From: Hydrolagus colliei
Taxonomy: Eukaryota
NCBI GenBank assembly: GCA_035084275.1
Contig: CM068750.1
Span: 8,432,001 to 8,496,000 of the forward strand
Direction: 5' to 3'
DNA: 64,000 nucleotides
In this document: positions 1 to 13,868 of the stretch, one piece after another
Layout: each line of letters opens with the position of its first letter
Numbering within the stretch: the stretch's first letter is position 1
Notes under the pieces: generated by a model
Seen by the model: the letters and a program-made list of their open reading frames with translations, nothing else
Told to the model about the DNA's origin: nothing
Database searches by the model: none
Program-made: the position numbers and the translations under genes

Positions 1-1224
1 GACTGATACATCCCCAAAGGACTGACTGACAGACAGGCTATGTGTATACAAAAGATCAACAGGTGCCTTTTTATTTATATGGAACTGGCAGATACACCTT
101 CATAAGTAGCAAAAATAAAACATAAGATAGAGATAAATAAAGTAGCGGTGGGGGGTGGGGGGGGGAGAGTGGAATCGTTCAACAAGTCATTCCATCCCTA
201 TGGGGAATGGTGGGGGTGGTTCCCCACTGTGCAGGTCAGTAACTATACAGGCTTTATTTCAAACATGAGAATCCAGGATCATGAGTAAGTAAGATGGATG
301 ATGAGAGTTAACCAGATGCAGTGAGTGAATGAGTGAGAGTGAGTGAGTGAGTGAATTGTAACTGGGAGCTTGAGTGGGAAAGTTTCTGTCACTTCAACTG
401 ATCACAGAGAGCATTCCACAAACCCGACATTAATGCTGAGGGTTGAATTTTATCCTGAGTTTGCAAGGAAAGGGCGTGTGTGTAAAAAAACCAACATATT
501 TGTGTTAGTTTTCTCGGTTGTGGTGTGGGCTGCTGTGGAAACGATGGGAAAGGTTACCGGAAAAGTCGAAGTGTTTTTTTTTTGGGGGGGGGTCTGACAT
601 TTTGACTTCACCACTGATGTTTTTAATGCTCAAAATTCAAATAAGGTTCTGTCTTTCTGTACTTGCAGACTTAACTCAAACGTGCACAAAGCGATGGGAA
701 GGCTGGTATCAAAATGCATTGCAAATAACCACCCGGTCACGTTGCGAAAAGCTTTCCTTTTTTTAAAAAAAAACACAAGGTCAAATAACTAGGACTCGCA
801 GTCAGCACAATGTGTGTAGCTTTTCAGCAAAGTACGCGAAATTCAAGCTGCCGAGAAGCATTAAAAGCTGTTGTGAAGACATTTCCATGGACAGTTGTTT
901 AAGTGATTTGTTTTTTTTAACACACACACACACTCAAACACACACAAAAAAAACAACCGAGCTAAATTGTGCCTGGCAAAGGAACTTTATTTTCCGGTTG
1001 AATGTACCCTGCACGTTACACCAAATTTATTTATCAATTGAAAGAAATGAAAAGGGAGAGTCGAATCAAAGTCCCAAAGGATTTGTTTTTCAGCCTGTGA
1101 TAAGTTTGCTTTCAGCGTGCGATGGTGATCTGATTTTATCCCCACAGATGTGTATCACTCTGGAGATTTTTTTTAAAAAAAATCAATCTATTCATATTGG
1201 GAGTGAAACTCTGTGATTTCTGTC

Positions 1225-2340
1225 CCACCTCCTCCCCCCCCCCCCCCCCCTCCCTCCCTCGTATCCCTTCCCTCTCTGCTCATATCCGCTGCAATGAACA
1301 TTCCTAGCGTAGCTACTGCTTCACCTTTGTCCCCAGACACAGAGAGAAAAGAGAGAGAGAGAGAGAGAGCAGGGAGGGAGAGGCTGGACTGGGAGCTGAG
1401 CAGTCCTGGGACATTGAGGGAGGGAGGGAGGGAGGAGGGAAGGGTGGAGGTTCCTCCAATGAGGGATGGTGAGAGCCTCTGGTGTTGGGAGGGAAAGGTA
1501 CGTCGCTCTGGGAAGCAACGTAAGGACGCAATGTAAGGGACTCAGAGCTGGGAGAGTGAGGCACTACATCAGGCAGGGGGTGGCACCGAGAGAGAGAGAG
1601 AGGGAGGGAGGGAGGGGTGTCCTGGAGACGGTTTACTAGCTGCTCACAGTGAGTGTCCAGAGGCCGACTTACTCTGTGTGTGACTGACTCCCCCCCACAC
1701 AACACTTTTTCTTTCTCCCCCCCCCCCCCCCCACCCCCCCCCCCCTCACACAGACACACACAGACAGACAGACAGACGCCTGGAAGGTAAGAGTCCAGCG
1801 GCTGTTCAGTTCTTTTGTTGTTGAAGCTGATTGTCAACAGGTTAACAGGGAGCTGTGAAAGTGAAGAGGGTGAGGAAGAGAGAGGGAGGGAGGGAGGGAG
1901 AGAGGAAGGAGGGAGAGAGAGAGGGAGAGGAGGAAGAGAGAGAGGGAGGAGGAAGGGCGAGGGAAAGGGAAAGAGAGGAAGGAAGGAGTGAGGGAGGGAG
2001 GGAGGGTAATTCGTTTGAAGTTTTGTGCTGAATAGGAAGGACTCTGGGCTCAGGCCTAGTGTGGGAGAGCGAGAGGGAGGGAGAGAGGGAAAGGTGGGGT
2101 TGGGAGGGAGGGAGGGAGGGAGGAGTGAGAGAGGAGGGGAGGAGGAGAGTTGTTGTTGTTGTTGTTGTTGGGGAGGGAGGGAGGGAGGGGGAAGGTTTTA
2201 ATCCAGGGGCCTTTGCAGACACTCACATTCTTCTGGAAAGTACACATACAAACCATATGGCTCTGTCGTCGCTGAGTTTTTTTTAATAAAAAGTTTTAAA
2301 GAATATATATATATATATCTATATATATAGATATGATTTA
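1225..2340. repeat. Low-complexity block: poly-C, (GA)n, (GGGA)n, (GTT)n, (CAGA)n, (TA)n
   Basis: Simple repeats are directly visible; strongly purine-biased on the + strand. Confidence 0.9.
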
Positions 2341-2737
2341 TTTATCGCAAAATGAGGCGCCAGGGCGTGTTGTGAGGGTTTGGGATGCGTTGGGTTTATC
2401 CTTGGGATTTGTCACGGTCTGACTAATCTTTTCTGATACTTTTTGATCTGAACCCCAGAAAAGACGAGGAGTTGTTGTGTGGGTGTGTGTGATTTTTTTT
2501 TTAAAAAAGGCCCTGACCGGATTGTGTTTTGTTTTCAATAGGCTCTGGTGAATTTCACTTGCCTGTTTGCGCTTGTATCATCAACGCGAAACTTTTGGTA
2601 CTTTTTTAAAAAAATACATACGTGCATGAAAGCTTTTCCTTAAAACTAGAGACTCTCCTTCTTCCCCCCCCCCCCCCCCCACCCCCTTCAATGTTTAGTG
2701 GGCGTTTTGGTTTGTTAATGGATGCAAATATTTACGT

Positions 2738-3040
2738 AATAATAATAATAGTCCTTGCATTTGATATAGTGCTTTTCATGTCTTCTAGACGTCTCAAAGC
2801 GCTTCACAGAATATACCATAAAGTGAATTGGCTGTATATTTGTGGGTGAAACGCGGCAGCCAATTGCGCACAGCGGTGTCCCCACAAACAGTTGTGGATT
2901 GAAGTGACCAATTTATTCTAGTTTTGAGGGATTATCATCAGGAGTATGGAGTAAGGAAACTTGTTTAAGGTTTCGCACTGGTGGGAATCAAACTCGGATC
3001 TCTCATTTGCGAGTGCTCTAGCCACTGAGCTACAGGACTC
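2738..3040 (-). mobile_element. tRNA-derived Deu-domain-like SINE
   Basis: On the minus strand: tRNA head GTAGCTCAGTGGCTAGAGCACTCG...GTTTGATTCC, core GTGCGCAATTGGCTGCCGCGTTTC, L2-type tail with (ATT)n. Homologous to 21233-21566 and 29080-29382. Confidence 0.85.
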
Positions 3041-5801
3041 CTGTTGTGATACTTTGGTTGAAACTATAATCAATTCATTGGAGGTACTGTACAAGCATGG
3101 AGGGATTCAACAGTGAGTTGAAACTCTGTATTCAATGTAACTGTTGTGATCTCACAAACCTTCTGGAAAGAGATTGTTTGTTGTCAAAAGTAAAATGTTT
3201 GCAAACTCTGAAAACATTGTATTGAAATCAGCCATCAATAAGGTACGGTCATCTGCTGATTCCGTCAGCTTTCTTATGGTCCTTTGAAATATTGTATATA
3301 CTTTGAATTTCATCAGCAAATAATTCAATTTTAATGAAAGCTTAATTTCACATTGTGTTAAGAGTTTATGGTGTACGGTAATTCTTCAAATTTGATGTAG
3401 GAGTGGACATTATACATTCTGTAAATTGGGATTGTAGATTACATTGTTTCCCCCTTTTCCCTGCCCTGATCCTGAGATTAATGGGTGCTGCCTATTTTGA
3501 TAGCTATGCCATTGTGTTGCGTGAGACCATCAAGAATATACGAGACCGGTTGAAATTTGTAGCAAGCATGAAGGTGACGATATTTGTTCTCATGGACTAT
3601 GCCGTGGGACGACAGGTACTGAAGTGTCAGGATTCGGTAAAGTGGGACCTTTCTGGTGAATAAAGTATCCCATAAACCATCTTGATTATTCCTCTCGTGT
3701 GTTGCAATTTGGTTCTGCGACTGGCCATTATTATTGCTGTGGAACACCGATGGTATTGCCAGCCCGGGTTCCCGAGGATGTGGATGTGTGACGAGCAAGA
3801 TAAAAGGAAGATGATGGTCAACATCTCTTTTGTATTCTAAAAATCCATTTGATAATGCGGTATTTTGAGCAATCTTGCGAGATGTTGTGTAGGGGTGGAA
3901 ATTTGGGGGTGTAGCATTTAACTGGTTTGCGAAAGTTGAACAGTAAATGGTAGACTTGAATTGAGCTCATAGTAATTATTACTCTAGTAATATGTTTAAG
4001 GGGGACATGATTTGCCCACCCTTGATTAAATGGAAAATTGCATTATTAAAGGTAGCAATTTGATTTATCTGGTAAGGACAGCTGTTGTACTCACAGCTTA
4101 TCGATTATTTACACTGCTGCAAAATATCAAAGCATAACAATCTGTTATCACTGATTCTACATCATGTATATTTAATGTAAAAATGTGATGGGTGGTGACA
4201 TTGTATAATATATTGTGGACAGTATAATTCAATACTTTTTGATAATATTTGCACATAACTTCATGTACAATGTTCTCAAGTGGCATTCATAATAATGTTT
4301 AATACATTTTGCTGAGGAAAGGAATAGGCAGAGAAAATTCGGGTATGTTCTATCAGCAGATTGTTTAAAATCCATTTCCCTGCCTTTCCCCAGTAAGGCA
4401 AAGAACTTATATTCATCTACTTTGCTCCGCATTGTAAAATGAGATTCTGTGATAGTCACTGTCCTTAAAAAATTGTAGTATTGCAACAGATTTTGTGACT
4501 TTCCTGTAACAAAGCATAGTTTGGATTCATTTGAAGTTTTGTACAGTTCATTTGTTTTCGGAATTATAATGTATTGGTCAGCAAATGAGCTTCCTGTTCA
4601 TTTCAATCTGGTAACAATTCCATTCAGCGCCTGCTCTAGAAGTTGCTGTCCTGTTATACTGGCCGTGGATATTATTATAGGTGGAATCTCCCATGTCACT
4701 TATGTGGTATAGTACACAAATTATGTTATTGAAACCAAAATCATGCTTTGTCTGGATTTCAACTTGAATCAATCTAATTTTTGTGTGTACTGCTCACACT
4801 ACCTGGTGTTGTACAGTAAAGAATGGGGTCTTGCGCAACCAAGCCAGAGTTAGCAGTGGAGCCAGTCAGTTTTGTTCAATAGAAAAAGAAATTACAATTC
4901 TATTGAATTTGTATAAATTGTTGAGGTTTTTTAAGTTCATTTGTACACCGTTTGTTATCCTCATGGGTTCTTCTTTTGATGGTTCTATACTACAATTGTT
5001 TGTTTTCTCCTCTCTGTAATGTTTGTTTTGAATAACACATCTGAAGGGTCCATCATAATCATTTTCTGAATTTCTGTTAGAATGCAATTTGAAAATACCT
5101 ATTTAATTTTCTTCAAATTAAGCTATGAGAGTAGTCAGATATTGGAGTCAAGGAGGTTTCAGATCATTGCTAACACTAATTAATGGATGAGTGTTATTTG
5201 CAGGTGTTGATTTCGGGGTGGTGGGGAGGCATTTAATGTGTGAACTGGTTGATACTCCCAACATGTTAAGTACATGATAGAACCATTGTACCTGTACACA
5301 AAATTCTTCAACGTTGAAAGAGACATGTAGCTACTATTTGCAAACAAATTCTGTCGAATTGCCATGTAAAGACAATATAGGTAAATAATGTGGTATGATT
5401 TTCAGAAAATTTCTTTTGACTTTGTAACCTGAGATTTTCAACATTACCAGACTCTGTAGCAATAGCTTTAGAACTGGAATATTTCCTAATTTTTAGAACA
5501 AGTAGACAAGGGATATTTCCTAATTTTTAGAACAAGTAGACAAACTTGACACCATAGAAATCTATGGTGTCAAGTTTGAGAGAAAATTACTGAGGAGAAT
5601 AAACAACTCATTGTGGTAGTGGTAGTTAGTGTTAAGATGAAGGCCAGAAAGGGTTCATGGTAGGTTTCTAAAAAAAACTAAGTTTAAAACTGATATTTTG
5701 TTGAATTCTTTTCTGAAGTAAAAGTTGTACAGCATCAGTCTCTTTGATAAATAAATGTTGTTTTATATTTTTAAAAAGTGGTAGAATGGCACAAGAAAAT
5801 A

Positions 5802-6550
5802 CAGTGGCATCTGCTTTTGCTGGACTCCGGTTAACCCTTGACATCGGCTAAATTGGACAAAATGCCCAGCTCCAATGCATTTGTACTCCGACCTGTGTTA
5901 AACATGGCAGATGCAAATCCGGTTACTCGGGCAAAATGCTGCAGTAGTGGCCACTGAATGAAGACACTCGGGCCTTCAGCCACTGGAGACTGGTGGAGTC
6001 AAAGTGTGATTGACAACTGTCATTATCTTGTGGCTGGAGCTGGGCTATCAGTTAGTGAGCGGGGAGGAGGAACAGGCAAGAATGATGGGAGTGAATGGGA
6101 GGCGTCAAATGGTGGTTGATTGATAGCGGAGTCCAGCGGTTCATAAGGTGGAGGTATCCAGGCTGTGAGTGGAGGGAAGAACAGGGAAGAACAAAGAAGA
6201 AAAATCTTGATTGCTTGACAGTTGGGCCTCTTATGAGCCCACTAATTCACAAGTCAATTATCTACCGCTTATCAGACCCATTCCCTTCCAATGGGAATGA
6301 TAATGGGAGGGAGCAAGCATTGCTCCTTAGCAAGGCGGGGAAAGTATATGTACTGTATGTAGTGCAAAGGTACATATGTTTTACTGAATACTGAACAGGT
6401 TGGTTAACATTGCTGCCAGTGAAACAACATTATTATACGGTGTCAGCGGCTTCCTCTGCTATACTGAAATGGTCTTTTGGCTAACTCGGACACCTCTTAA
6501 GCCAGAAAAGTGGCCTTCCCCAATGTGTTTGGCTTAATTGATTTCCACTG
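5802..6550. mobile_element. Tc1/mariner (Tigger/pogo-like) non-autonomous DNA transposon
   Basis: TA|CAGTGG...CCACTG|TA termini with TA duplication and subterminal repeats (TAACTCGG/TAAATTGGAC-like). Confidence 0.65.
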
Positions 6551-8689
6551 TATTCATCCTGTTTAAGATATTCACAATATTAATTTTATTCTGGATTTGC
6601 ACAAGGAAACCTTAATCAGTGGTAAAGAAGTCTATTCAGATTGTATAAATGCTTGTTTAAAATTGTAATTTTTTTGTAAGATTACACCATAAATCAAATG
6701 TAGTAATTGTCTTTGTGTTAAGTCAAATACTTTGTAGAATATTGGGATGACTGCTTGCTCGGAATTGCCAATTTTGTGATGTGCACTTGCAATGTGAATA
6801 CAGTGCTCTAATTGAAACACTTAGTGAGAGGTACCTGATAATAACAGTAATTAATGTGCTGTGCAGGTGTTGAGTACTGATCTAAATCAAGGATGTTATA
6901 CATTGTTAAAATTGTTGGAATTAGTTAACCTAATTAATTGGATGCAGATATTCTTAGACTCAAGTTGCATTTTGTTAACCGAACATTCTGAAATTGAATG
7001 AAAATCGGAAATCAATTTTTAGGAATCAAAATTTTAAAACACTATTCATGTGGGGCCAAAATTTGAGAACACCGTAGATGCCCTCTGGTACCTTGCTCAA
7101 TTGAATGCTGTTCATGTGTGAATTTATGTAGCACATGTCAGTAGGATTTTCAAAGGTAGGCAGTATTAAAGCAGAGTCAGTACTGCTCATTGATCTACCC
7201 TGTTCAGGCATTCACATCTTCTTTGTCTCCCAGTCATTACAAAGCCATGCAGTGCTTCCAACCAGTGACCGATCAAGGCGCTTTTCTTTACGGGTACTAT
7301 GCATTGTTTTGTATTGTAGTGAGTGATGGCTAAATTCCAGTTATCTGAACTCAACTAGAATGATCTTGGTGATTTAGTTGGCTTCCTTACTCCTAAATTA
7401 GGGATGGGGAAAATAGACAAGTTTCATGCTTGCTTTCCAAGTCATGTGAGGACATGATTGGGCTTGGCTGTGATTTTTTTTATTGTTATCCTTTTCTCCA
7501 CTGAATCTCTTTAGCGAACAGCATTTTTTATTCAGATTTCTGATTTTCCAGGACAAATTTAGTTCAATCTTATCCATCCTTCCTCCCCCAAAATAATCCA
7601 CCAGCAAAGACAAGGTACATTAGATGAAAAATAAACCACTTCATTACTGCAGTTCCTTGGTATGATAAGCAATTCGAGATATTTATCAGGACAACAGACT
7701 CTTGATTGTATGGAACAGATTGTAATAAGATTTTGGAGTGTTGATAATAAAGTCTCCTGCCAGAAACAAATTTGGTTCAGTTAGAACATTTTGTAATGTG
7801 TGAACATTCTGTTGTGCAATAAAGCATTCTTGTTGCTTAATGGCATTGGACAACGAACGCCCTGTAATATTGGTTCTGAAGGATTGAATCAAATGAATCA
7901 TTCATTTTTTTGAGTTGTAGCATAGTTGAAGCTTTTGCAAGACAATATTGCACATAAAGTTATTGAAAAATACCTAATTTAAAGCAATGATTTAAATTTC
8001 ATCCAGTTCAGTAAAGAAGTATAATTGTCCATCTATTGAAAGGATTATTCTTGTCTAATTCTCATGTTATCCTCATCACAAATGTATTAGAGAAGCAGGG
8101 AGATTTATATTATGGAACTATACAGTCTGCCCATCTGTTGGCTGGATTATTTATTTTTTCAAGTAATTTAGAACGTCATCCCTTCAGATTTTCATCAATG
8201 ACCAGTCAATTGACTCTTCGTGGTGTGAATACAATCCTGCATGTAGTATGCACATATAGAACAGCAACCTAAACTTGATTAAAATTGACTAAAATGTAAT
8301 TAAGCAACTTGCATCTGAGAATAGACCCTTTTTTTAGGGATGAGTCTATTAGGCAGCAAACTGGGATGTGTGATTACATGTGATCTGGATTTATGTTGAG
8401 TTTCATTTGATCACTTTATTTGCCAATGTAACCTTGGGTAAGATCAGAAAACATGCAGCTTTATTGAGAAACACAATAATTAAAACACATTCTATAATCA
8501 TCACTTGGTAGAAATCTTTATGAACGAGCAATTGACTTTTTTTTGTATGTTTGGAGTTAATCAAGAAGTCATGCATTCTTGTTGATGTTTCCACAAGGTT
8601 ACAGAGTCCTTTATGCAAGGAACAGAATTTCCTTCCTTAAAGGGGGAGGTGGGGTAGAACAGAATGCTGCTGTTTAAATGAAGTACAAT

Positions 8690-8819
8690 GCAACAACAAC
8701 AACAACTTCGATTTATATAGCGCCCTCCACGCCGGACGGTGTCTCAGAGCGCTTTACAATAGCGGATCCCGGGACCGAGCCAGGGGCAGAAAGGTGATCA
8801 AAAGCGCGGTCGAAGAGAA
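8690..8819 (-). mobile_element. L2-type LINE 3' end
   Basis: (CAA)n followed by ATTTATATAGCGCCCTCCA...CTCAGAGCGCT; similar copy at 63767-63922. Confidence 0.7.
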
Positions 8820-11800
8820 CTGTAAATCCTTAAGTGTAGCTGACAAACGATGTAATAGATAAAATAAATTGAAAGGTTTACTCACAACATTTGTGTGCAG
8901 AATACCAAAATGTCTCATTTTACAGTTTACATTAAATCAAATAAATTTTGTTTTGTTTAGTGTTTATCTCACAGAACAAACAATTAATCAAACCATAGTC
9001 AAGTTGCCAGTGTAATTATTAACTATTGTGAAGCCAATAAAAGCATGCAATTAAAAAAAAAATTTTTTTGAATAAGGTCATTTCAGGAATTTTTTGGTAG
9101 CATGATTTTATTCCATGCTAAAAATGGTCATGTCTGAAGGTAGTAGCACAAAAGGTGAATGCGGGAACTTAGCTTGATACTGAAGTTCAGATTAGTGAGA
9201 AGCTTCACTCTTAAACTAATAGCAAGTTTGTTGAAACTTCTGCCTGTGTGGTCTAACCAGTTCTGTCAGAATTTGGCTCCTGCAGTGTTGTCTTTGGTTG
9301 TATCTGCATACAAGTCAGGTAGTTTCCAGTCAAGCTGATGTCCGGTTAAGCTACTGATCTTTTTGCAACAAGAGTGAAGTTCTGCTTCAGAATTGTATAT
9401 GTCTTGTGTTATACTGCTTAAATTGTTGAAACTGATCAGTTTTGTCTAAGTCTCAGTATTCTCCTGATTACTGGAAAACCCGATGAAGTTAAGAGCAGCA
9501 GTGTTTAACACAGTTCTATTGTGTGAATTTCAGATAAATGATGCAACTTAATCAAGCTATTTCCTAACATAGTACAGTATTTGCAATGTTTCAGCTGTTA
9601 TCAAGCTGAACATACTTATACTTTTTTTAATTAAAAAAACTTTGTAGATTAACTGAATGCTTTCCCTTCTTTCCCTCTTCCCTCCTCATATAAATTTACA
9701 ATTTATGCACAATCTGCACCTGAAAATGCAAGCCAAAACTCTACACCCAGATCCTTCCTGAAGCCACTGAGCCACAGGAGAATGACCTGTAGTATAAAAC
9801 AACAACAAAATTACATTTGCATGGCACCTTGCAATACCAAAGTGCTGTAAAACCATTAAACTATTAGAGCATAATTATATGTTTAGCCAGGTACTGTACA
9901 TGGCTGGAGACCAGGTATCTTGGTACTAGTCTGTGCTTCTGTTACTGATATATCAAATCAAATCAAATTATTATTTAATTGCACACTATTGAATTGCAAT
10001 TCAACCGAATTTTGACTGTTGTCATTCTTGGCCAGCCCAATTACCCGTCTTGGGAGTGTCATTTTGTAAGATGTAGCTTTGCCTCACCCTAAACGCCCGC
10101 CAGTCCATTTCATTATTGTTCCCCAAAAAGTGTTTGTTTATACAGGAATAATACTTGGCACTCAATTTTTCTCAAAAAAATATAATGGCAAGCAGAATCG
10201 ATTTCAATTATTCAACCCAGAGTGGCAAATTAACTATCCAGAGAGAAGGTCAAAGCAGTTTGCCTCAGCTATTGCAAAACTTTAGTGAAGAAATTGATTA
10301 AGGGATAAGAGTTAAAATAATGTGGGTTTTTTTCACTCAGGAAGTGGGTAGATGAACCACAATGATTAGTCAGTCCTGGTGGTGTGGCTTGGTTTGAAGA
10401 TGGGTGGATAGAGATTTGAGGCATAGTGGCTGAAAGCCCAGCCACCAGTTGTGTAGGGTATGACTTACAGCAGACCTGTACCAGCTGAGCAAAGGTAGCA
10501 GGTAGAGGAGTATAAATTAGTATCACAGTAACCCCAACCTTAATTCTCATGTTGCCTTCAAAACTACCCTGACATCCGAAGCTTTAAAATCTTGGAATGG
10601 AGAATTGAAAGCTTCAAGAATAAAAACAACAACTTTATAATTGTTCCAAATTGATACATCATAGTGCTTTTATTACCAATTTGTAATAGCAAGCATCATG
10701 TTGTGACAGGTCTAACTCTCTTAACACACAAAACACTTGAGCACGGAGAATTGTAATGGTGTTCACAGGCAGGACCCACAATTTGTAAACATATGGCTCC
10801 TTTCACCTCAAAGCGTTTGATGAGCACATAGTTTGAACCTGAACACTGAGGGAAATGAGGTGGCGGGAGACTGCCAAAGACACAAGCAATAAAATGTGAT
10901 GGGGTGTGCAGGAGAGACTGGGCTATGGAGTTCTGGATGATTGCAGCCAGACGACAGAGCATATCGCACGTAGTTGACATATCAGTTTAGATGGGATGCA
11001 CAAATAAACATAAATTAAAAAATGTTTACTGGTCGATTGCCTGCCTGTCAGACACCTATTTTTATTTCCAAGAGCACATTGTATCCATTAATCCAGTATT
11101 CGTGTTGGCATCTATAGGATTTTACAAAACCACCGACTGTTTTGATCAATGTAATTTTTTAATAAGCAGAATCTCATCATCAGTAACCACTACAAAAAAT
11201 CCAATAAATTAGGATTTATATTGTTTACCTATTTAATTCTACAAATTCTTTAATCCTGGGGAATATTCTTGAATTTACTGCACCTGGCTGGGGATTGTGA
11301 GAGACAAATTAATATACACAGTTGAATCGGGTCACTGAAGGACCAGGGGTTAATGACTCTGTGTCTTTCATGATGTGCAGCTCCCTCATTCTGAGCCCCA
11401 CAGTAACTTCTATGGACCAGGTCAGCTCATGTTGTCAGTACTTGCTGTTTAAACAAAGATACCGCTGTTCGAAGCAATGTGTTTTCCCAGCAAATGATCT
11501 ACAAAGAGGTTACATCACACATTTACACTGAGGTTTAATTCGGCTATTGTGGCCTTGTATTGTAATTTGCTTTAGAAATTATATCGTTGAAGCTGAATAT
11601 GTACTGAATAACTAATGTTCCGTTTTTCAAAAAATGTTTCTTCTACAGCTTTCTGATCTAAGATTTCAGTGCTGTTTCTCCAACATATAAATGTATACAT
11701 ACACTTTCGAGCTGGGTCATTGAGTAGCAGTGAACCCTGGCTGATTGTTCCTTAGCCTAAGGGTGCATAAATGAATTGTAGGGTCCCAGTTGTCATCCAA

Positions 11801-13484
11801 GCTAAAATTAGTTAGGTGCGATTGGTCTGTATGGGTTAGTATCACACTGACCGAAAGGTGCAGCAACAACAACAATAAAATTACATTTATAGAGCGCCTT
11901 TGAAGGAGATTAATTTTTTTAATATTGTATTTCCCTGTGAGCATTTCAATATCGCTAGATGCAAGTGTACCATGTTCCAAATTACATGTTCACAATTGAT
12001 CAGAGGGGAGATTTTTTGTATTTATAATTTACGCTCTCTTAAGAAGGTTTTGTAATGTGTTGTTGTTTGTTGGGAATGTATTGAGCTTGGGAATGTATTT
12101 CTTCAGGTGAAAGGGAAGTGCAGGGAAGAATGATTTAATAAATTAATAAATTATAGTCCTGTACCCAAGAAATCTGTCCACTTGTGTTCTGTAAGCTCCT
12201 GAGAACAAAGTGAAGCCACTACTCTGTTGGATGAAATTTAGTCAGTGTATACCTATGCTTGGCCAATATATCCTCCAAATTAAAAAAAAGTTACCCATGA
12301 CTGTATGCAGGCCATTGCTGTGTGCAAATCATCAGGCGTGCTTTTGTCCACACAATATACAGTCAATACACTCTACAGAATATCCTGTGAAAGGCTTTGA
12401 CACATCTCAATGACCCAATAAGGATTATAACCTTCCCCTCTCCCCCCCTCCTCCCCCGCCCCCCGCTCGGGTCACGACCTGACTGTTGAGCGCTTAGGAC
12501 ATCCTCCCAACGTGAAAGGCGGATTATAAGTGCAAATTTGTTGTTGTTGTTGTTGTGTTGTACCTTATAAAATGGTGCCTTCTTTTCATATAAACTTCTG
12601 TACTATTCTTATCCGAAGAATACTGAACGTTCTTCGCAAGTACAGGACGTTCAGGTTTCATTATTGGACACACTTATTCACATCACATACTTTTCTAAAC
12701 CTAATTGTGCATGTGCATGGAGCATAGTACAAAATCACAGAACATTTCATTCAAAGAGTATAAAGTTGTAACGTAGTTGCCTTTGTTATTTTGGTGCAGA
12801 AATACCAAGAAAAAATTGTCAGTGACCTTATATTTTATTTTAGGCATCACTTTAGACCCTTGAATTTTTCTTGTTTATGGTATTAGCTACAGTTATGTTT
12901 ATATATGAAACACATTTGTCAATAACGTATTCCAATTTAATAATTTTATTCAAATGTAACAATGTTCTGGAAAGGATTTAAGACATTGATTGTAAATAAG
13001 AACAACAGATCTTTAATTACTCTAGATCCACAATTCATGGCATTCTTATGACAGCTTATGTCGTATGACAGCTGAAAAAGATGATGCTACAATTTTGGTT
13101 TTTCAGTGCTTTTAAAACTAATCCATTGTTTCAATAAAACTTAGAACATTAAGAGAAGTGTGCTCAATTTCTGATTACCCTAGCAAGCCAACAACAACAA
13201 CAAATAACACTTATAAAGCGCCTTTCACGTCGGGAGGACGACCCAAGGCGCTGCACAGGATTCGCTTCTCACAAGGCTTAATTCCTTGTTACCCACATGC
13301 CTTAATTGGTCTGCTCAACATTTGTTGGATTTTCATCTATGTACCTGAATGCTTTTGTCTTTGTGTGTCATAGAATCCAGGATATTGCTGTCATTGCAGA
13401 TTGTCTACCAGTTTTGATCTTACAAGAACATATCTGAAATAAGCTAGGCAAATTATTTTGTGATTGGTTACTTTTAAGATCCAA

Positions 13485-13868
13485 GCATGTAGCACTCTTA
13501 CCTATGGGTCCGAGAGTCGTGGGTTCATGCCCCACATCAGGACTTTGAGTTTGCAGCTAAGATAAAGTGGCAGTTCTGGGGAGTATTGCAATTTCAGACG
13601 GGCTGTCCTCTGGATATGGTGAATTGAGATCTCAGGTGGAAGTTAAATATCTTAAACTATATTTGAAAAGAAAAGGAACTTCTGGTATCGTGACCAATAG
13701 TTCCCCCTGGCAAAATAGGTCATTCACTTCATGGATGATTGTGGGATATTGCTCTGTGTAAATTGGCCACCGTGTTCACCTGCACAATACACAATCTCTG
13801 CACTCTACAGAAACGCTGTGAAGCACTTCAAAACATTTTACAATATAGACACTATACCAAATGCAAGC
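13485..13868 (+). mobile_element. Older full-length Deu-SINE (SacSINE1/AmnSINE1-like)
   Basis: tRNA-like head (GTGGGTTCATGCCCCAC), CAGGTGGAAGTTAAATATC central domain, GTGGGATATTGCTCTGTGTAAATTGGCC core, AAATGCAAG tail. Confidence 0.65.

Noticed and set aside
1-1200. Expected upstream syntenic gene (GPHN) exons
   Set aside because: No gephyrin-like peptide or exon structure seen
1213-2286. Pro/Ser/Glu-rich ORFs of 65-174 aa
   Set aside because: Translations of simple repeats with no domain and no splice context
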